64,000 nt of DNA from Candidatus Micrarchaeota archaeon (GTDB lineage Archaea > Micrarchaeota > Micrarchaeia > Micrarchaeales > CABMGC01): contig DAHXMA010000012.1 in assembly GCA_027365725.1 (NCBI GenBank), positions 50,488 through 114,487 of the forward strand, read 5' to 3'. A program made the translations under genes and the position numbers. Positions 16,722 through 28,683 of the stretch are shown here, piece after piece (the stretch's first letter is position 1; each line of letters starts with the position of its first letter). The notes beneath the pieces are model-generated. The model was not told the origin of the DNA and searched no databases. It saw nothing but the letters and a program-made list of their open reading frames with translations.

Positions 16722-17378
16722 TTACAGTTTGGTTTTGAAAACATAGTAGGCCACAAGGGCAATCACTATAATAATAATTATTATTTGCAGGTACGGCCTC
16801 TTTTTGTTCTGTGGGAGTGGCAAGTCCGCTATTGTTGCTTCGTCGTTGTTTTGCTCTGCGTGTGCGGCAGGCTTTTGGGTTTGCACATTATTTTGCACCT
16901 GCGGCTGGGGATTTGATACTGCAGAGGATTTCGCTTTGATGAAGCCCTGGTCTGTAAGCAGAAGGTCTACTCCGCCGCTCTTTAAATCGTAAGTAAGTAG
17001 GCCTATTTTGTACAGTTTGTATATCCGCATTGCCAGATCCTTTGGCCGTATATTGAGTGTGTTCTGCAGGTCTATGGGGATTCTCTTTCCACCAGATATC
17101 TGAGTAAGCACGGCTTCGTCAAGTGCATCTATTGGTGCGGTTATCTGGGAGTCAGCTTCTGCTATAAGTGCCTTGCCGGCGTCTGTTATTGTAACGGTAT
17201 TTGGTCCAGGATAGGATGCAGTAAAATCTATTAGCCCTTTTTGCTTAAGGCTTCCTGCGGTGTTTGATGCGTCGAAGATGCTTGAGTTGATTGCGCTTCC
17301 CAGCTTCTCCAGCGTCGTGCCAGGAACTATCCTTAGCAGGCAAGCAAGATCCATAAAATTTACTTCGTCTGCCATCAA
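16722..17378 (-). CDS. Hypothetical tail-anchored protein with two wHTH-like repeats
   Basis: Two similar segments (GSLKQKGLIDF...VTITDAGKALI and IYKLYKIGLLTYD...LLLTDQGFIKA), a Q/N-rich linker, and a C-terminal hydrophobic helix (LQIIIIIIVIALVAYYVF). Confidence 0.5.
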   Translation of the reverse strand: MMADEVNFMDLACLLRIVPGTTLEKLGSAINSSIFDASNTAGSLKQKGLIDFTASYPGPNTVTITDAGKALIAEADSQITAPIDALDEAVLTQISGGKRIPIDLQNTLNIRPKDLAMRIYKLYKIGLLTYDLKSGGVDLLLTDQGFIKAKSSAVSNPQPQVQNNVQTQKPAAHAEQNNDEATIADLPLPQNKKRPYLQIIIIIIVIALVAYYVFKTKL

Positions 17379-17447
17379 ATCAATTGATTATTGTAAACAA
17401 TAATATAAAAGGATTGGGTGTTAAAGCTTATTGTTTGTTGTGGTATT

Positions 17448-18698
17448 TTGCAGATAAAGTTTCTTGGTGGAGCTGGCGAGGTAGGCAGATCGGGAATTCT
17501 CGTGCATGATATGAAGACCATGCTCTTGGATTATGGAATAAAGATAGATGGACATACCGAGTATCCGCTTCCTGCGGGAAGGATAGATGCATGCTTTGTA
17601 AGCCATGCGCATCTTGACCATAGCGGATATGCGCCGGTTGTCTATCAGGATGGGTTCCCTGATGCGTTTGCTACTGCTCCGACAATGAAGCTTGCCGAGC
17701 TTCTTATTGAGGATTCGATAAAGATACATAAGAGGAAGCATGAGCATGAACGCGTTCATAAAGCGCAGCTGAAGACGATGCTAAACAAGTATATGCCTTG
17801 TGAATATGGGAAGGGGTATGAATTTGGAGAATATACTGTTTCTATGCATGATGCAGGCCATATTTGCGGAAGCGCAGTTACTTCCATAGAGAAATACAAG
17901 GATGGGAAGAGACTGGTGTATACTGGCGATTTCAAGATAGAGAAACAGCTTCTGGAGGGCGGCGCAGATATAGTGAAGAGCGATGTGCTGCTTCTAGAAT
18001 CTACATATGCAGGTAAGAACCATCCGGACAGGGAAAAAATGGCAATGCAGATGGTGGAGGAGATAAAGGAAACTGTTGACAACGGCGGAATTGCGCTGCT
18101 GCCGGTGTTTGCTGTGGGCAGAGCGCAGGAGATGCTGGCACTAATGAATAAGAACGGCCTTATCGAACGCACATTTGTTGATGGAATGGCCAAGACCGCA
18201 ACAGAAATAGTTGAATCTTTCCCAGAGTTTATACGGAATGAAGGATTGCTTAGGGGTGCGGTAGAAAAGGTTAGAAAGGTTAGGGACAGCCGGAACAGGC
18301 TTAACGCATTGGAGGGGGGAAATATAATACTTACAACGTCCGGCATGCTTAATGGCGGGCCGGTGCTTGATTACATAACACGGCTAAACCGCCACTCAAG
18401 GATATTCCTTACTGGATACCAGGTTGAAGACTCAAATGGAAGCAGGCTCATGCAAGGCTTGCCTCTTGACATAGATGGAAGGAAATACCGTGTCAAGACT
18501 CCATTCAAAGTTTATGATTTCTCTGCGCACGCAGGAAAAGATGAACTGCATAAGTATGTTAGGGAGAGCGGCCCGAGCACAGTAATATGCGTGCACGGAA
18601 GCCAGGAAAACACCTCTGCTTTCGCTGAAGAGTTGAAACTTGAGGGCTTCAATGCCATAGCGCCAAGGCAGGGCGATGTTATAGACATTGATTTCTGA
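17448..18698 (+). CDS. Beta-CASP family metallo-beta-lactamase-fold ribonuclease (aCPSF2/RNase J-like)
   Basis: IKFLGGAGEVGRSG, HAHLDHSG and ESTYAG motifs, with a beta-CASP C-terminal region. Start is probably TTG 17448 (ORF track GTG 17418). Confidence 0.8.
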   Translation: MQIKFLGGAGEVGRSGILVHDMKTMLLDYGIKIDGHTEYPLPAGRIDACFVSHAHLDHSGYAPVVYQDGFPDAFATAPTMKLAELLIEDSIKIHKRKHEHERVHKAQLKTMLNKYMPCEYGKGYEFGEYTVSMHDAGHICGSAVTSIEKYKDGKRLVYTGDFKIEKQLLEGGADIVKSDVLLLESTYAGKNHPDREKMAMQMVEEIKETVDNGGIALLPVFAVGRAQEMLALMNKNGLIERTFVDGMAKTATEIVESFPEFIRNEGLLRGAVEKVRKVRDSRNRLNALEGGNIILTTSGMLNGGPVLDYITRLNRHSRIFLTGYQVEDSNGSRLMQGLPLDIDGRKYRVKTPFKVYDFSAHAGKDELHKYVRESGPSTVICVHGSQENTSAFAEELKLEGFNAIAPRQGDVIDIDF

Positions 18699-18700
18699 TT

Positions 18701-19054
18701 TTAGGCCTCTTCTTCGAAATCAGAAGATTCGTCTTCTGAGTCTGCTGGCTTTGAAGCATCGCCTTTCCCTACAACCTCTATCTTGCCATACTTGCCTGCA
18801 GATAGTTGTGGGGTGCCTTTGAACTCGTTTACATATCCTTTGGTTATGCGGATTTTGTCACCTACTGAAACGGCCTCTATATCCTTTCCCCATAATGACA
18901 TTGCTATTGTGCCTGTGTCGTCTTTGATTGTTATGTTTGCCACATTGAGCCTTTTTCCATATTTTGTTATAACTTCTCTTGGATCCTGCTTCTCTATTAC
19001 TGTAGCTTCAACATCTACATCTGACGCTCCTGCCTTTAAATCGCTTATATTCAT
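18701..19054 (-). CDS. ssb: Single OB-fold ssDNA-binding protein (SSB/short RPA) with acidic C-terminal tail
   Basis: 117 aa. OB-fold pattern (VDVEATVIEK...RLNVANITIKDDTGTIAMSLWGKD) and an acidic tail (ADSEDESSDFEEEA), as in crenarchaeal-type SSB. Confidence 0.65.
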   Translation of the reverse strand: MNISDLKAGASDVDVEATVIEKQDPREVITKYGKRLNVANITIKDDTGTIAMSLWGKDIEAVSVGDKIRITKGYVNEFKGTPQLSAGKYGKIEVVGKGDASKPADSEDESSDFEEEA

Positions 19055-19195
19055 AATATCGCCGAAATTAATAGTATTAAATTAGATAAACTATATTAAT
19101 CTTCGGTATTTATGGTGTTCTGAACAAATTAGTAGAGGTTGCTGTGATTTGGGTCAAAATGTCGCCGGTGCAGGCGCTTGGGAGATGGAAGTAAT

Positions 19196-19273
19196 TGGCG
19201 GACCCGGAGGGATTTGAACCCTCGACTTGCTGGTTAAGAGCCAGCCACTCTGACCAAACTGAGTTACGGGTCC
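19196..19273 (-). tRNA. tRNA-Lys (anticodon CUU), CCA encoded
   Basis: Hand-folded cloverleaf: acceptor GGACCCG/CGGGTCC, anticodon stem GCTGG/CCAGC, loop CTCTTAA, T-arm GAGGG-TTCAAAT-CCCTC, 3' GCCA. Confidence 0.9.
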
Positions 19274-19325
19274 AGCAGGAATATTTGCCGTGCTAGTTTT
19301 ATTATGCCTTTGTAATATGTTTATG

Positions 19326-20027
19326 TCATTCTTCAATCGGCCTAAGCAGCTTATATGGTATTTCTTCTTTGCGCACGTGGTTTATTTTTTCTCGTATGTC
19401 ATCAGGCATTCTTTCATAATTGCTTTCCAATATGACGGTATTATTTGCGGGATCAAGCACATAGTCTTTGTTGTTTATTTTCATTTTTACAACGCTGTGG
19501 AAGGATACGTCTAGGTCAGCATATCCTATAAGCTTCATTACGGAGTAGCGTGGTATTTCTTGGCTAAAGTTTGCTTTGTCAAGCTCAAGCATTACACACA
19601 ATATTGCTGCCTGGCCGACACAAACGTCTTTGCCAAGATTTATTATAAATTCGGTTGAAGGAATGACATGTTTTTCTGTTTTAAAATTTGAATTTTGGGT
19701 TGGGGTGTTTTGTGTATAAATGCTGTTGTATTCATATTTTATGGCGCGAGACACGAAATCTGTTATTTGGTGGGCTCTTTCTATTTTCTTTTTGCAAGGA
19801 TTCTCCAAAAGGAAGCGGTTGTATAGATTTATGGAATTGGTGCCTATCACAACCCGTATTGCGGCGTCAAGCTCGCCGTGTGAAAGGCGGCTCAGGCTTA
19901 TGTCCCTCCCAATTATGTCTTCTGGCCTGAGTTCTATTGGGCGTCTGGCAAGAATCACCGAATAGCGTATTTCGTCTATGGTTATCGGTGCGCCTTCTGT
20001 CATGCAGAATCTGGGCGTAGGTGTCAT
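19326..20027 (-). CDS. Hypothetical protein, possible transglutaminase-like (papain-fold) Cys-His-Asp core
   Basis: GKDVCVGQAAILCVMLE ... IPRYSVMKLIGY...VSFHSVVKMKINNKDYVLDPANN mirrors the G.C..fa.l....GIPaR.v.Gy....HaW.ev....W...DP pattern. Judged by eye only. Confidence 0.45.
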   Translation of the reverse strand: MTPTPRFCMTEGAPITIDEIRYSVILARRPIELRPEDIIGRDISLSRLSHGELDAAIRVVIGTNSINLYNRFLLENPCKKKIERAHQITDFVSRAIKYEYNSIYTQNTPTQNSNFKTEKHVIPSTEFIINLGKDVCVGQAAILCVMLELDKANFSQEIPRYSVMKLIGYADLDVSFHSVVKMKINNKDYVLDPANNTVILESNYERMPDDIREKINHVRKEEIPYKLLRPIEE

Positions 20028-20075
20028 TTTTGTCTATTTGAATACTTTTTTGTCATATATATTCTTTTTGTGCAC

Positions 20076-21413
20076 CTATTTGTCTTCTGTTTTCAGCTTG
20101 CTTAGATAGTTTTTTATTATGTTGTCAAAATCGGCTGATTTTGGTGATAGCTCGTATGACACCTGCACTATTGGCTTGTTGACGTTTATTATGTGGCGCA
20201 GGTTGGTCGGAGTGGCAGATATAACAACATCGCAGTCAGCAGCGTTTATTGTGGCTTCAAGATCCCTTATTTGCTTTGAGCTGTACCCCATTGCCGGTAG
20301 CTCTTTTGAGAGGGATGGGTATTTTGAAAATGTTTCCTTTATGGAGCCTATGGCGTATTCTTTTGCGGTTATTATGTTTCTTGCCCCGTAAGTTTTTGCC
20401 GCAACTGTCGCGGCGCCGAATTTCATGTTGCCGTGGGTTATTGTTGGGCCATCCTCTACCAAGAGCGCGCTTTTTCCTTTTATGCTGGCCGGATTGTCTA
20501 CTGAAATTATGGAATCGGCAAGTATTACTTTTGCTTTTGAGTTTATGCTTTTAAGACCTGATGTTACTTTTTCTATTTCGTCCTTTGTTGCTGAATTTGC
20601 CTTGTTTATTATTAATATGTCTGCCAGCCTTACTAAAGTCTCTCCGGGGTAGTATGTAAGTTCATTTCCTGCTCTTAGCGGATCTGCCACTACAATAAGT
20701 ATGTCTGATTTATAGAATGGTGCGTCATTGTTGCCTCCGTCCCATATTATTATGTCGGCTTCGTTTTCGGCTTCAGATAATATCCTTGCGTAATCAACTC
20801 CAGCATATACAACGGTTTTGTTCATTATGTGCGGCTCGTATTCTTCCCTTTCCTCTATTGTTGTTTTGTATTTTTCAAGGTCTGATAGTTTTGAAAACCG
20901 CTCTGTAATTTGATCTTTTAGATTGCCGTACGGCATTGGGTGGCGTATTACGACTACACGCAAGCCCATCTTTTTTAAAAGGCTTGAAACATACCTAGAT
21001 GTCTGGCTTTTGCCAACGCCTGTCCTTACTCCGCATACGCTTATTATGGGTTTTTTAGACCTTATCATTGATTTTTCTGGTGCGCTTATTATGAAATCTG
21101 CGCCGCTGGCATTCACTATGCTGGCTTTGTTGCCCAAATCATTATATGAAACATCGCTGTAAGCCATTATACACTCATCTACCGTGTTTGCCTGTATTAG
21201 CTTTGGTAAGCTTGATTCATCAAATATTGGTATTCCTTTTGGATATAGCTTGCCGCTTAGCTCTTTTGGATAGGTCCTGTCTGTTATGTAAGGTATCTGC
21301 GCTGCAGTGAAAGCAATTACCTCGTATTCGGGCTTGTCACGAAATAGGGTATTGAATATGTGAAAATCCCTTCCTGCCGCGCCAATTATTATGATTTTCC
21401 TTCTAACGGACAT
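20076..21413 (-). CDS. COG2403-type predicted GTPase (cyclic 2,3-diphosphoglycerate synthetase-like domain family)
   Basis: KIIIIGAAGRDFHIFNTLFRD..YEVIAFTAAQIP, CGVRTGVGKSQTSRYV, IRHPMPYG, TIEEREEYEPHI and WDGGNND match my recollection of this conserved archaeal/bacterial family. Confidence 0.6.
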   Translation of the reverse strand: MSVRRKIIIIGAAGRDFHIFNTLFRDKPEYEVIAFTAAQIPYITDRTYPKELSGKLYPKGIPIFDESSLPKLIQANTVDECIMAYSDVSYNDLGNKASIVNASGADFIISAPEKSMIRSKKPIISVCGVRTGVGKSQTSRYVSSLLKKMGLRVVVIRHPMPYGNLKDQITERFSKLSDLEKYKTTIEEREEYEPHIMNKTVVYAGVDYARILSEAENEADIIIWDGGNNDAPFYKSDILIVVADPLRAGNELTYYPGETLVRLADILIINKANSATKDEIEKVTSGLKSINSKAKVILADSIISVDNPASIKGKSALLVEDGPTITHGNMKFGAATVAAKTYGARNIITAKEYAIGSIKETFSKYPSLSKELPAMGYSSKQIRDLEATINAADCDVVISATPTNLRHIINVNKPIVQVSYELSPKSADFDNIIKNYLSKLKTEDK

Positions 21414-21518
21414 GCTTTACTATTAAATCCCATAATTAATTAGGTTTTTGGGCAGGCGTGCGGCTTCGGATATTATTATCGACGATATTGCCGCCTGAAA
21501 AGGTTTATATTACTTTAA

Positions 21519-23465
<1,947 letters not shown>

Positions 23466-23467
23466 TC

Positions 23468-25864
23468 ATGCAGGAAATAATAAACGTATCGCTTGAGGAT
23501 GAGCTGCAGTCTAGTTATATAGACTATGCTATGAGCGTTATAATAAGCAGGGCAATACCTGATGCGCGGGACGGATTAAAACCGGTACAGCGCAGAATCC
23601 TGTATTCAATGTATAACATAAAGAACTTCCATGAGCAGCCCACTAAGAAAAGTGCCAGAATTGTTGGAGAAGTGATAGGAAAGTTTCATCCTCACGGAGA
23701 TACGGCAATATATGATGCTTTGGCGCGTCTTGCGCAAGATTTCTCTATGAATCATATGCTTGTTGAAGGCCAGGGAAACTTTGGTTCTGTAGACGGCGAC
23801 CCGCCAGCTGCAATGAGGTACACAGAAGTAAGGCTTACTAAGATTGCAGAGGAAATGCTTGAAGATATAGAAAGAGAAACTGTCCAGTTCATTCCAAATT
23901 TTGATAATACAGAAACCGAGCCGCTTGTGCTTCCATCAAAAGTTCCTAATCTGCTTGTGAATGGCGCAACGGGGATTGCTGTTGGAGTGGCTACTAGCAT
24001 GCCGCCACACAATTTAGGGGAGGTTTGTGATGCAATAATATTAAGGTTAAATAAGAATGATGCGACCGTAGACGACATACTAAACATAATAAAAGGCCCT
24101 GATTTTCCTACCGGCGGGGTAGCGGTTATGTCTGAGAGTGCATATAACGGATATAGATATGGAAGGGGGCAGCTGAGCATTAAGGCGAAGGCAGACATAG
24201 ATGAAAAGAACAAGCAGATTGTGATTAGAGAAATACCTTACAATGTCAACAAATCGAATTTGATGCAGACAATGGCTGAGCTTGCAAGAGACAAGAGGAT
24301 TGTTGGTTTAAAAGACATAAGAGACGAAAGCGACAAGGAAGGCATAAGGATAGTTATAGATTTCAAAGAAGAGGCGGCAGGAGAGCAGATACTGAACATG
24401 CTGTATAAATTCACGCAGCTTCAGGTGACTTTCCCATTGATTAATTTGGCTGTTATAGGTAAGGCCTTGAAAAATCTCAATGTGCTTCAGATAATTGATA
24501 CATTTATAGCACACAGGAGGGAAGTTGTTTTAAAAAGAAGCCGATATGAGCTCGGTGTGGCGCAGAGCAGGCTGCATATTGTAGAGGGACTTATCATAGC
24601 CATAGAGAATATAGATAAGGTGATATCTTCTATAAAGGCCAGTGCCGAAACTGCCGCTGCGAAGAAGCGGCTTTCTGAAGAATTTGGATTAACTGAAAAG
24701 CAGGCAATTGCAATACTGGACATGAAGCTTGGTAGGCTTACGCACCTTGAAAGCAACTCTCTTAAAAACGAAAAACAGCAGCTCGAAGAAAAAGTCAGCT
24801 ATTATAACAAGGTGATTTCAAGCCCAGATGCAATTGACGGAATAATAAAGCAGGAAACTGAGGATATAAGGAAGAAATTTTCTAGGCCAAGGAGGACGGA
24901 AATAGTCTATTCTGAGGATGGAGCGGATATAACAAACGAGGACACCATAAGCAATGAAAGGGTCACCATAATACTTACAAACAGCGGATATGTTAAAAGG
25001 CTTGGTATAGGCAATTTCCGCGAGCAGGGGAGGGGAGGAAAGGGAATTATATCGATAAACCTAAAGGAAGGAGACTATGTAAAGCAAATTATAACGTGCA
25101 ACAATAAAGATTTCATAATAGGCATAACAAACCTGGGCAGAGCTTATTGGATAAAGGCATATAATATACCAGAAAGTGGCAGGTATTCTGAAGGAAAGGC
25201 TATTGTAAATCTTGTTGATACAAAAGATGAAAAAATAATAAGCATGTTCAATGCGCAGGAATTTGCTGGATCTAAGATCATGTTCCTAACGGCAAAGGGG
25301 CTTGTTAAGAAAGTGGATGCTGGCCTTTTTTCAAGGCCGCGTGCAGGGGGCATACGGGCGATAAGCATTAGGGAAGGTGACGTTGTTGCAGACGCAATAA
25401 TGTATTCGAAGCAGAGATATGTTGTTATATCTACAGTAAACGGGAAGGCCATAAAATTTGCCGAGTCTAAAATCAGGGCGATAGGCAGAAGCGGAATGGG
25501 AGTTCGGGGAATACGGATTAAGGGAGGGGACCAAGCAAAGAACATAATTGCTGTTGACGATGCTGGGAGTATACTTGCAGTTACCGAAAACGGCTATGGG
25601 AAGGTTACGGATGTAGGGAAATACCGGCTGCAGAGTAGGGGAGGGGGAGGAGTCATTGGCATAAGAGTAAATCAAAAAACCGGCAAGGTTGCCGAAAATC
25701 TTTATGTAAGTGGAAATGAAAATGTAGTGCTGATAAATTCGGCAGGTATAAGCATAACATTCCCTGTTAGCGAAATAAGAAAGACCGGAAGGGCTGCAAG
25801 CGGGGTCAGGCTTATGCATATTGCACCGGGAATAAAGGTTGTGGGAGCCGCAATAATTGGTTAG
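23468..25864 (+). CDS. gyrA: DNA gyrase subunit A
   Basis: SYIDYAMSVIISRAIPDARDGLKPVQRRILY, AAMRYTE (active-site Tyr region), and C-terminal beta-pinwheel repeats. Starts 3 nt after gyrB. Confidence 0.95.
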   Translation: MQEIINVSLEDELQSSYIDYAMSVIISRAIPDARDGLKPVQRRILYSMYNIKNFHEQPTKKSARIVGEVIGKFHPHGDTAIYDALARLAQDFSMNHMLVEGQGNFGSVDGDPPAAMRYTEVRLTKIAEEMLEDIERETVQFIPNFDNTETEPLVLPSKVPNLLVNGATGIAVGVATSMPPHNLGEVCDAIILRLNKNDATVDDILNIIKGPDFPTGGVAVMSESAYNGYRYGRGQLSIKAKADIDEKNKQIVIREIPYNVNKSNLMQTMAELARDKRIVGLKDIRDESDKEGIRIVIDFKEEAAGEQILNMLYKFTQLQVTFPLINLAVIGKALKNLNVLQIIDTFIAHRREVVLKRSRYELGVAQSRLHIVEGLIIAIENIDKVISSIKASAETAAAKKRLSEEFGLTEKQAIAILDMKLGRLTHLESNSLKNEKQQLEEKVSYYNKVISSPDAIDGIIKQETEDIRKKFSRPRRTEIVYSEDGADITNEDTISNERVTIILTNSGYVKRLGIGNFREQGRGGKGIISINLKEGDYVKQIITCNNKDFIIGITNLGRAYWIKAYNIPESGRYSEGKAIVNLVDTKDEKIISMFNAQEFAGSKIMFLTAKGLVKKVDAGLFSRPRAGGIRAISIREGDVVADAIMYSKQRYVVISTVNGKAIKFAESKIRAIGRSGMGVRGIRIKGGDQAKNIIAVDDAGSILAVTENGYGKVTDVGKYRLQSRGGGGVIGIRVNQKTGKVAENLYVSGNENVVLINSAGISITFPVSEIRKTGRAASGVRLMHIAPGIKVVGAAIIG

Positions 25865-25866
25865 TC

Positions 25867-28683
25867 TTAGTCAAACTTCCAATATTTGCGGTTCTTTATA
25901 AAATTCCTTTGGGCGTCTATTATGTCGGTAAAGAACATTTTGTAATCACTCCGTAGGTATCGTAGCGTCCTTGCGGCAGTGTCCAGGCCTATTCCATATA
26001 CTGAAAGTGCAATTATTGCGCGGTAGCCGTATGCGTCTATAAAACTTGCTTGCCTTAGTATTTCCTTGTGTATTTTTGATTCGTTTGTTGTGAGGCGTTT
26101 GTGATTTTGTGTTTTTATTAGTATTTTGTTGTATTCGTCAGAATATATTGCCACTAGAGGGCTTTTGCAGCTCTGGCACAGTATCTTTTTGTCTTCTTTT
26201 ACGTGTATTTTTTCGTTGAAGATGTGGCCGCAAAATGTGCAGATCATCCTTTCGCTTTTTCCTTCAAACTTGTCAAACATGTTTTCTATTAGGCTTGCTC
26301 TTTGAGCCGCTGAGATTAGTTCGCCAAAGCTAAATGTTGATTGCAATATTGCAGTAGAAAGCGGGGATGGGGATTTGTTGGCTTTGATTATCCTTATTTC
26401 GCCGGTGCGTATCTTGTTTATTATTGGGCCGATTATACCCATTTCAAAATAGTTTTTGTTAAGATCTCTTATTGTTTCGTCTGATATTGGTGAGTTCTCA
26501 TAAAAACTTAGGAGGCGGTTTGCCATTGACCTGGTTATTGGAGCTGATTTATCTATCACTCCGAAAAGCTTTGCAGCCTGTATGAATTTGTACCTAAAGA
26601 GATCGGAGTCGTAAATAATGTGAATGTCGTTAATGTTTATGACCTTTAGTTCGTTGAGTATTTTTTCTGTATCGGGCAGCCTCGTAAGGCCAGTATAATC
26701 GAAAATTAAGGCGTACGGTGTTGCTTTCACATTTATTTTTGTGCCTGCGACAGAAGAAGCTGTTGCTGATAGGATTTTAGCTATAAAGTCGTTTGCATTT
26801 TTACCGTAAGGCATGTATGCTATTGCACAGCTGTCAAGTTCCTCTATTGTTATGGTGTTTTTATCTATGTTAATGAACTCTTTGTTTTTTTGTATAAATT
26901 TCTCAAGGGCGTCTTGCGTGTTTGTGTCTATTTTTGGTTGCGTGTTTGGTATTCCTATCTTGAGATAATCATAAACCTTGGAGGCTATTTCTAAAGATAC
27001 TGGTATGTCCTCCCCTTCCCAGTCTGGCACAGCCGCAGTAATGTCATCGCTGGGTTCTACATATATCGTTCCGTCTTCTATACTTATTGCTTTCCAGGGA
27101 AAGCCTTTTGTTATAAAAACGGATCCGGCGTCTATGTAGTTCGAAACGAACTCTTCATCAAGAGAGGATATGGCCTTATTGTCTGCTGCAACCTTTACTA
27201 TAAATTTTGAATTGTCTGGGATTACGCTGATCTTGTTTATAAAATATTTCCTTCCACGTGGCCCTAGGGATATTGTGCTATTATCGTCATTTATGAGGCG
27301 AAGGTCTGATATCAGGGTGCAGACTTTATCGAAGTTTTCTTGTTTTAAGCTTGAGTAGGCATATGTTTTTTTTATTATTTTAAATGCCGAATCTCGACTT
27401 ATTTTTCTATATTCCAGTGCCATTGCGATTATCTGATTTGCAAGTACGTCAAGCGCGTTTTTTTCAACTTCGCGTTTTTCCAACTTGAATGAAAGTGCCG
27501 CTTCTGATATGGCTATTGATTCTAAGGCGTCTAGTTCTGATGTGGCAATGATCTGGCCAGATGTTGTCTTTGATTCGCTGTGCCCTGCCCTTCCTACTCT
27601 TTGTATAAGGCGGGTTACTTGTTTTGGCGATCCGTATTGTATTACAAGGTCCACTGCGCCTATGTCTATTCCTAGCTCAAGCGAGCTTGTGGCTAGTATG
27701 GCTTTTATTTTTCCTTCCTTGAATGCGTTTTCTGTGCTTATACGCTCTTCCCTGTCTATTGAGCTGTGATGTATCCCTATTTTTCCGAAATCGAAAGATT
27801 TTCCTATTATTATAAGCTTGCTGCCTATTGATTCTACTGCCTGGCGCGTATTTGCGAATACTAAGCTTGCTTTTGAATTGTTTATGAGCGTGGCTACTCG
27901 CATAACGCGTGAATAAGATCTCACATCCAAGCCCAATAACTGCCGCAGGTTCCTGTTTTCATTTTCTGGTGCCATTGGTAATTCTATGGTTATGTTTATG
28001 TCTTTTTTTGTTTTTGATGAGATTGTGCTGTAGTTTCTTTCGTTGAATAAAAATTTTGCTGCGTCTCCTATGTTGCCTATTGTTGCACTTATTCCTATGC
28101 GCTGATACCCAATAGAGAGTTCTTCCAATCTTTCTAACGCAACCGAAAGCTGTGCTCCTCGCTTGTTGTAATACAATTCGTGGATTTCGTCAACTATCAC
28201 TGTTTTAATATTTGATAGGCTTTTTCTTAGGTTTTTTGAAAGCAGAAGGTTTTGTATTGTCTCTGGGGTTGTTATCAAGAGCTGGGGAGGGTTGGTTGAC
28301 TGTCTTCTCCTCTCGCTTTGTGGCGTGTCGCCATGCCTTGTAGATATGCTTATTGCAAGCTCGGAACCAAGCCATGACAGGCGTTTCATCAGGTCCCGGT
28401 TAAGTGAGCGCAGTGGCGTTATATAAAGTGCCATTATGCCTGCTTTGTTGTCAGAGCAAAGGATCTTTTTAAGGGTTGGAAGTATTGCAGCCTCTGTTTT
28501 TCCGCTTCCCGTGGGCGCAGTTATTATGCAGTTTTCTCCTGCCTCTATTTTTGGTATTGCTGCAACCTGTATTTCAGTGAAATCTTTAAATCGGGTAAGG
28601 AAAAGTTTGTACGGGTCATTATGCATTTCATCAGGTTTATTTTGTAACTTCAGCGAATCCTTCGGTTTTTTGCCCTTTGCCAT
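25867..28683 (-). CDS. lhr: Lhr-type large SF2 helicase (DEAD/DEAH box, Lhr-core plus C-terminal extension)
   Basis: TAPTGSGKTEAAILP, VIVDEIHEL, SATIGN, QRVGRAGH. 938 aa with a Cys-rich segment (CTFCGH...CQSCKS). An alternative start at 28626 would remove the overlap with the upstream gene. Confidence 0.85.
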   Translation of the reverse strand: MAKGKKPKDSLKLQNKPDEMHNDPYKLFLTRFKDFTEIQVAAIPKIEAGENCIITAPTGSGKTEAAILPTLKKILCSDNKAGIMALYITPLRSLNRDLMKRLSWLGSELAISISTRHGDTPQSERRRQSTNPPQLLITTPETIQNLLLSKNLRKSLSNIKTVIVDEIHELYYNKRGAQLSVALERLEELSIGYQRIGISATIGNIGDAAKFLFNERNYSTISSKTKKDINITIELPMAPENENRNLRQLLGLDVRSYSRVMRVATLINNSKASLVFANTRQAVESIGSKLIIIGKSFDFGKIGIHHSSIDREERISTENAFKEGKIKAILATSSLELGIDIGAVDLVIQYGSPKQVTRLIQRVGRAGHSESKTTSGQIIATSELDALESIAISEAALSFKLEKREVEKNALDVLANQIIAMALEYRKISRDSAFKIIKKTYAYSSLKQENFDKVCTLISDLRLINDDNSTISLGPRGRKYFINKISVIPDNSKFIVKVAADNKAISSLDEEFVSNYIDAGSVFITKGFPWKAISIEDGTIYVEPSDDITAAVPDWEGEDIPVSLEIASKVYDYLKIGIPNTQPKIDTNTQDALEKFIQKNKEFINIDKNTITIEELDSCAIAYMPYGKNANDFIAKILSATASSVAGTKINVKATPYALIFDYTGLTRLPDTEKILNELKVININDIHIIYDSDLFRYKFIQAAKLFGVIDKSAPITRSMANRLLSFYENSPISDETIRDLNKNYFEMGIIGPIINKIRTGEIRIIKANKSPSPLSTAILQSTFSFGELISAAQRASLIENMFDKFEGKSERMICTFCGHIFNEKIHVKEDKKILCQSCKSPLVAIYSDEYNKILIKTQNHKRLTTNESKIHKEILRQASFIDAYGYRAIIALSVYGIGLDTAARTLRYLRSDYKMFFTDIIDAQRNFIKNRKYWKFD

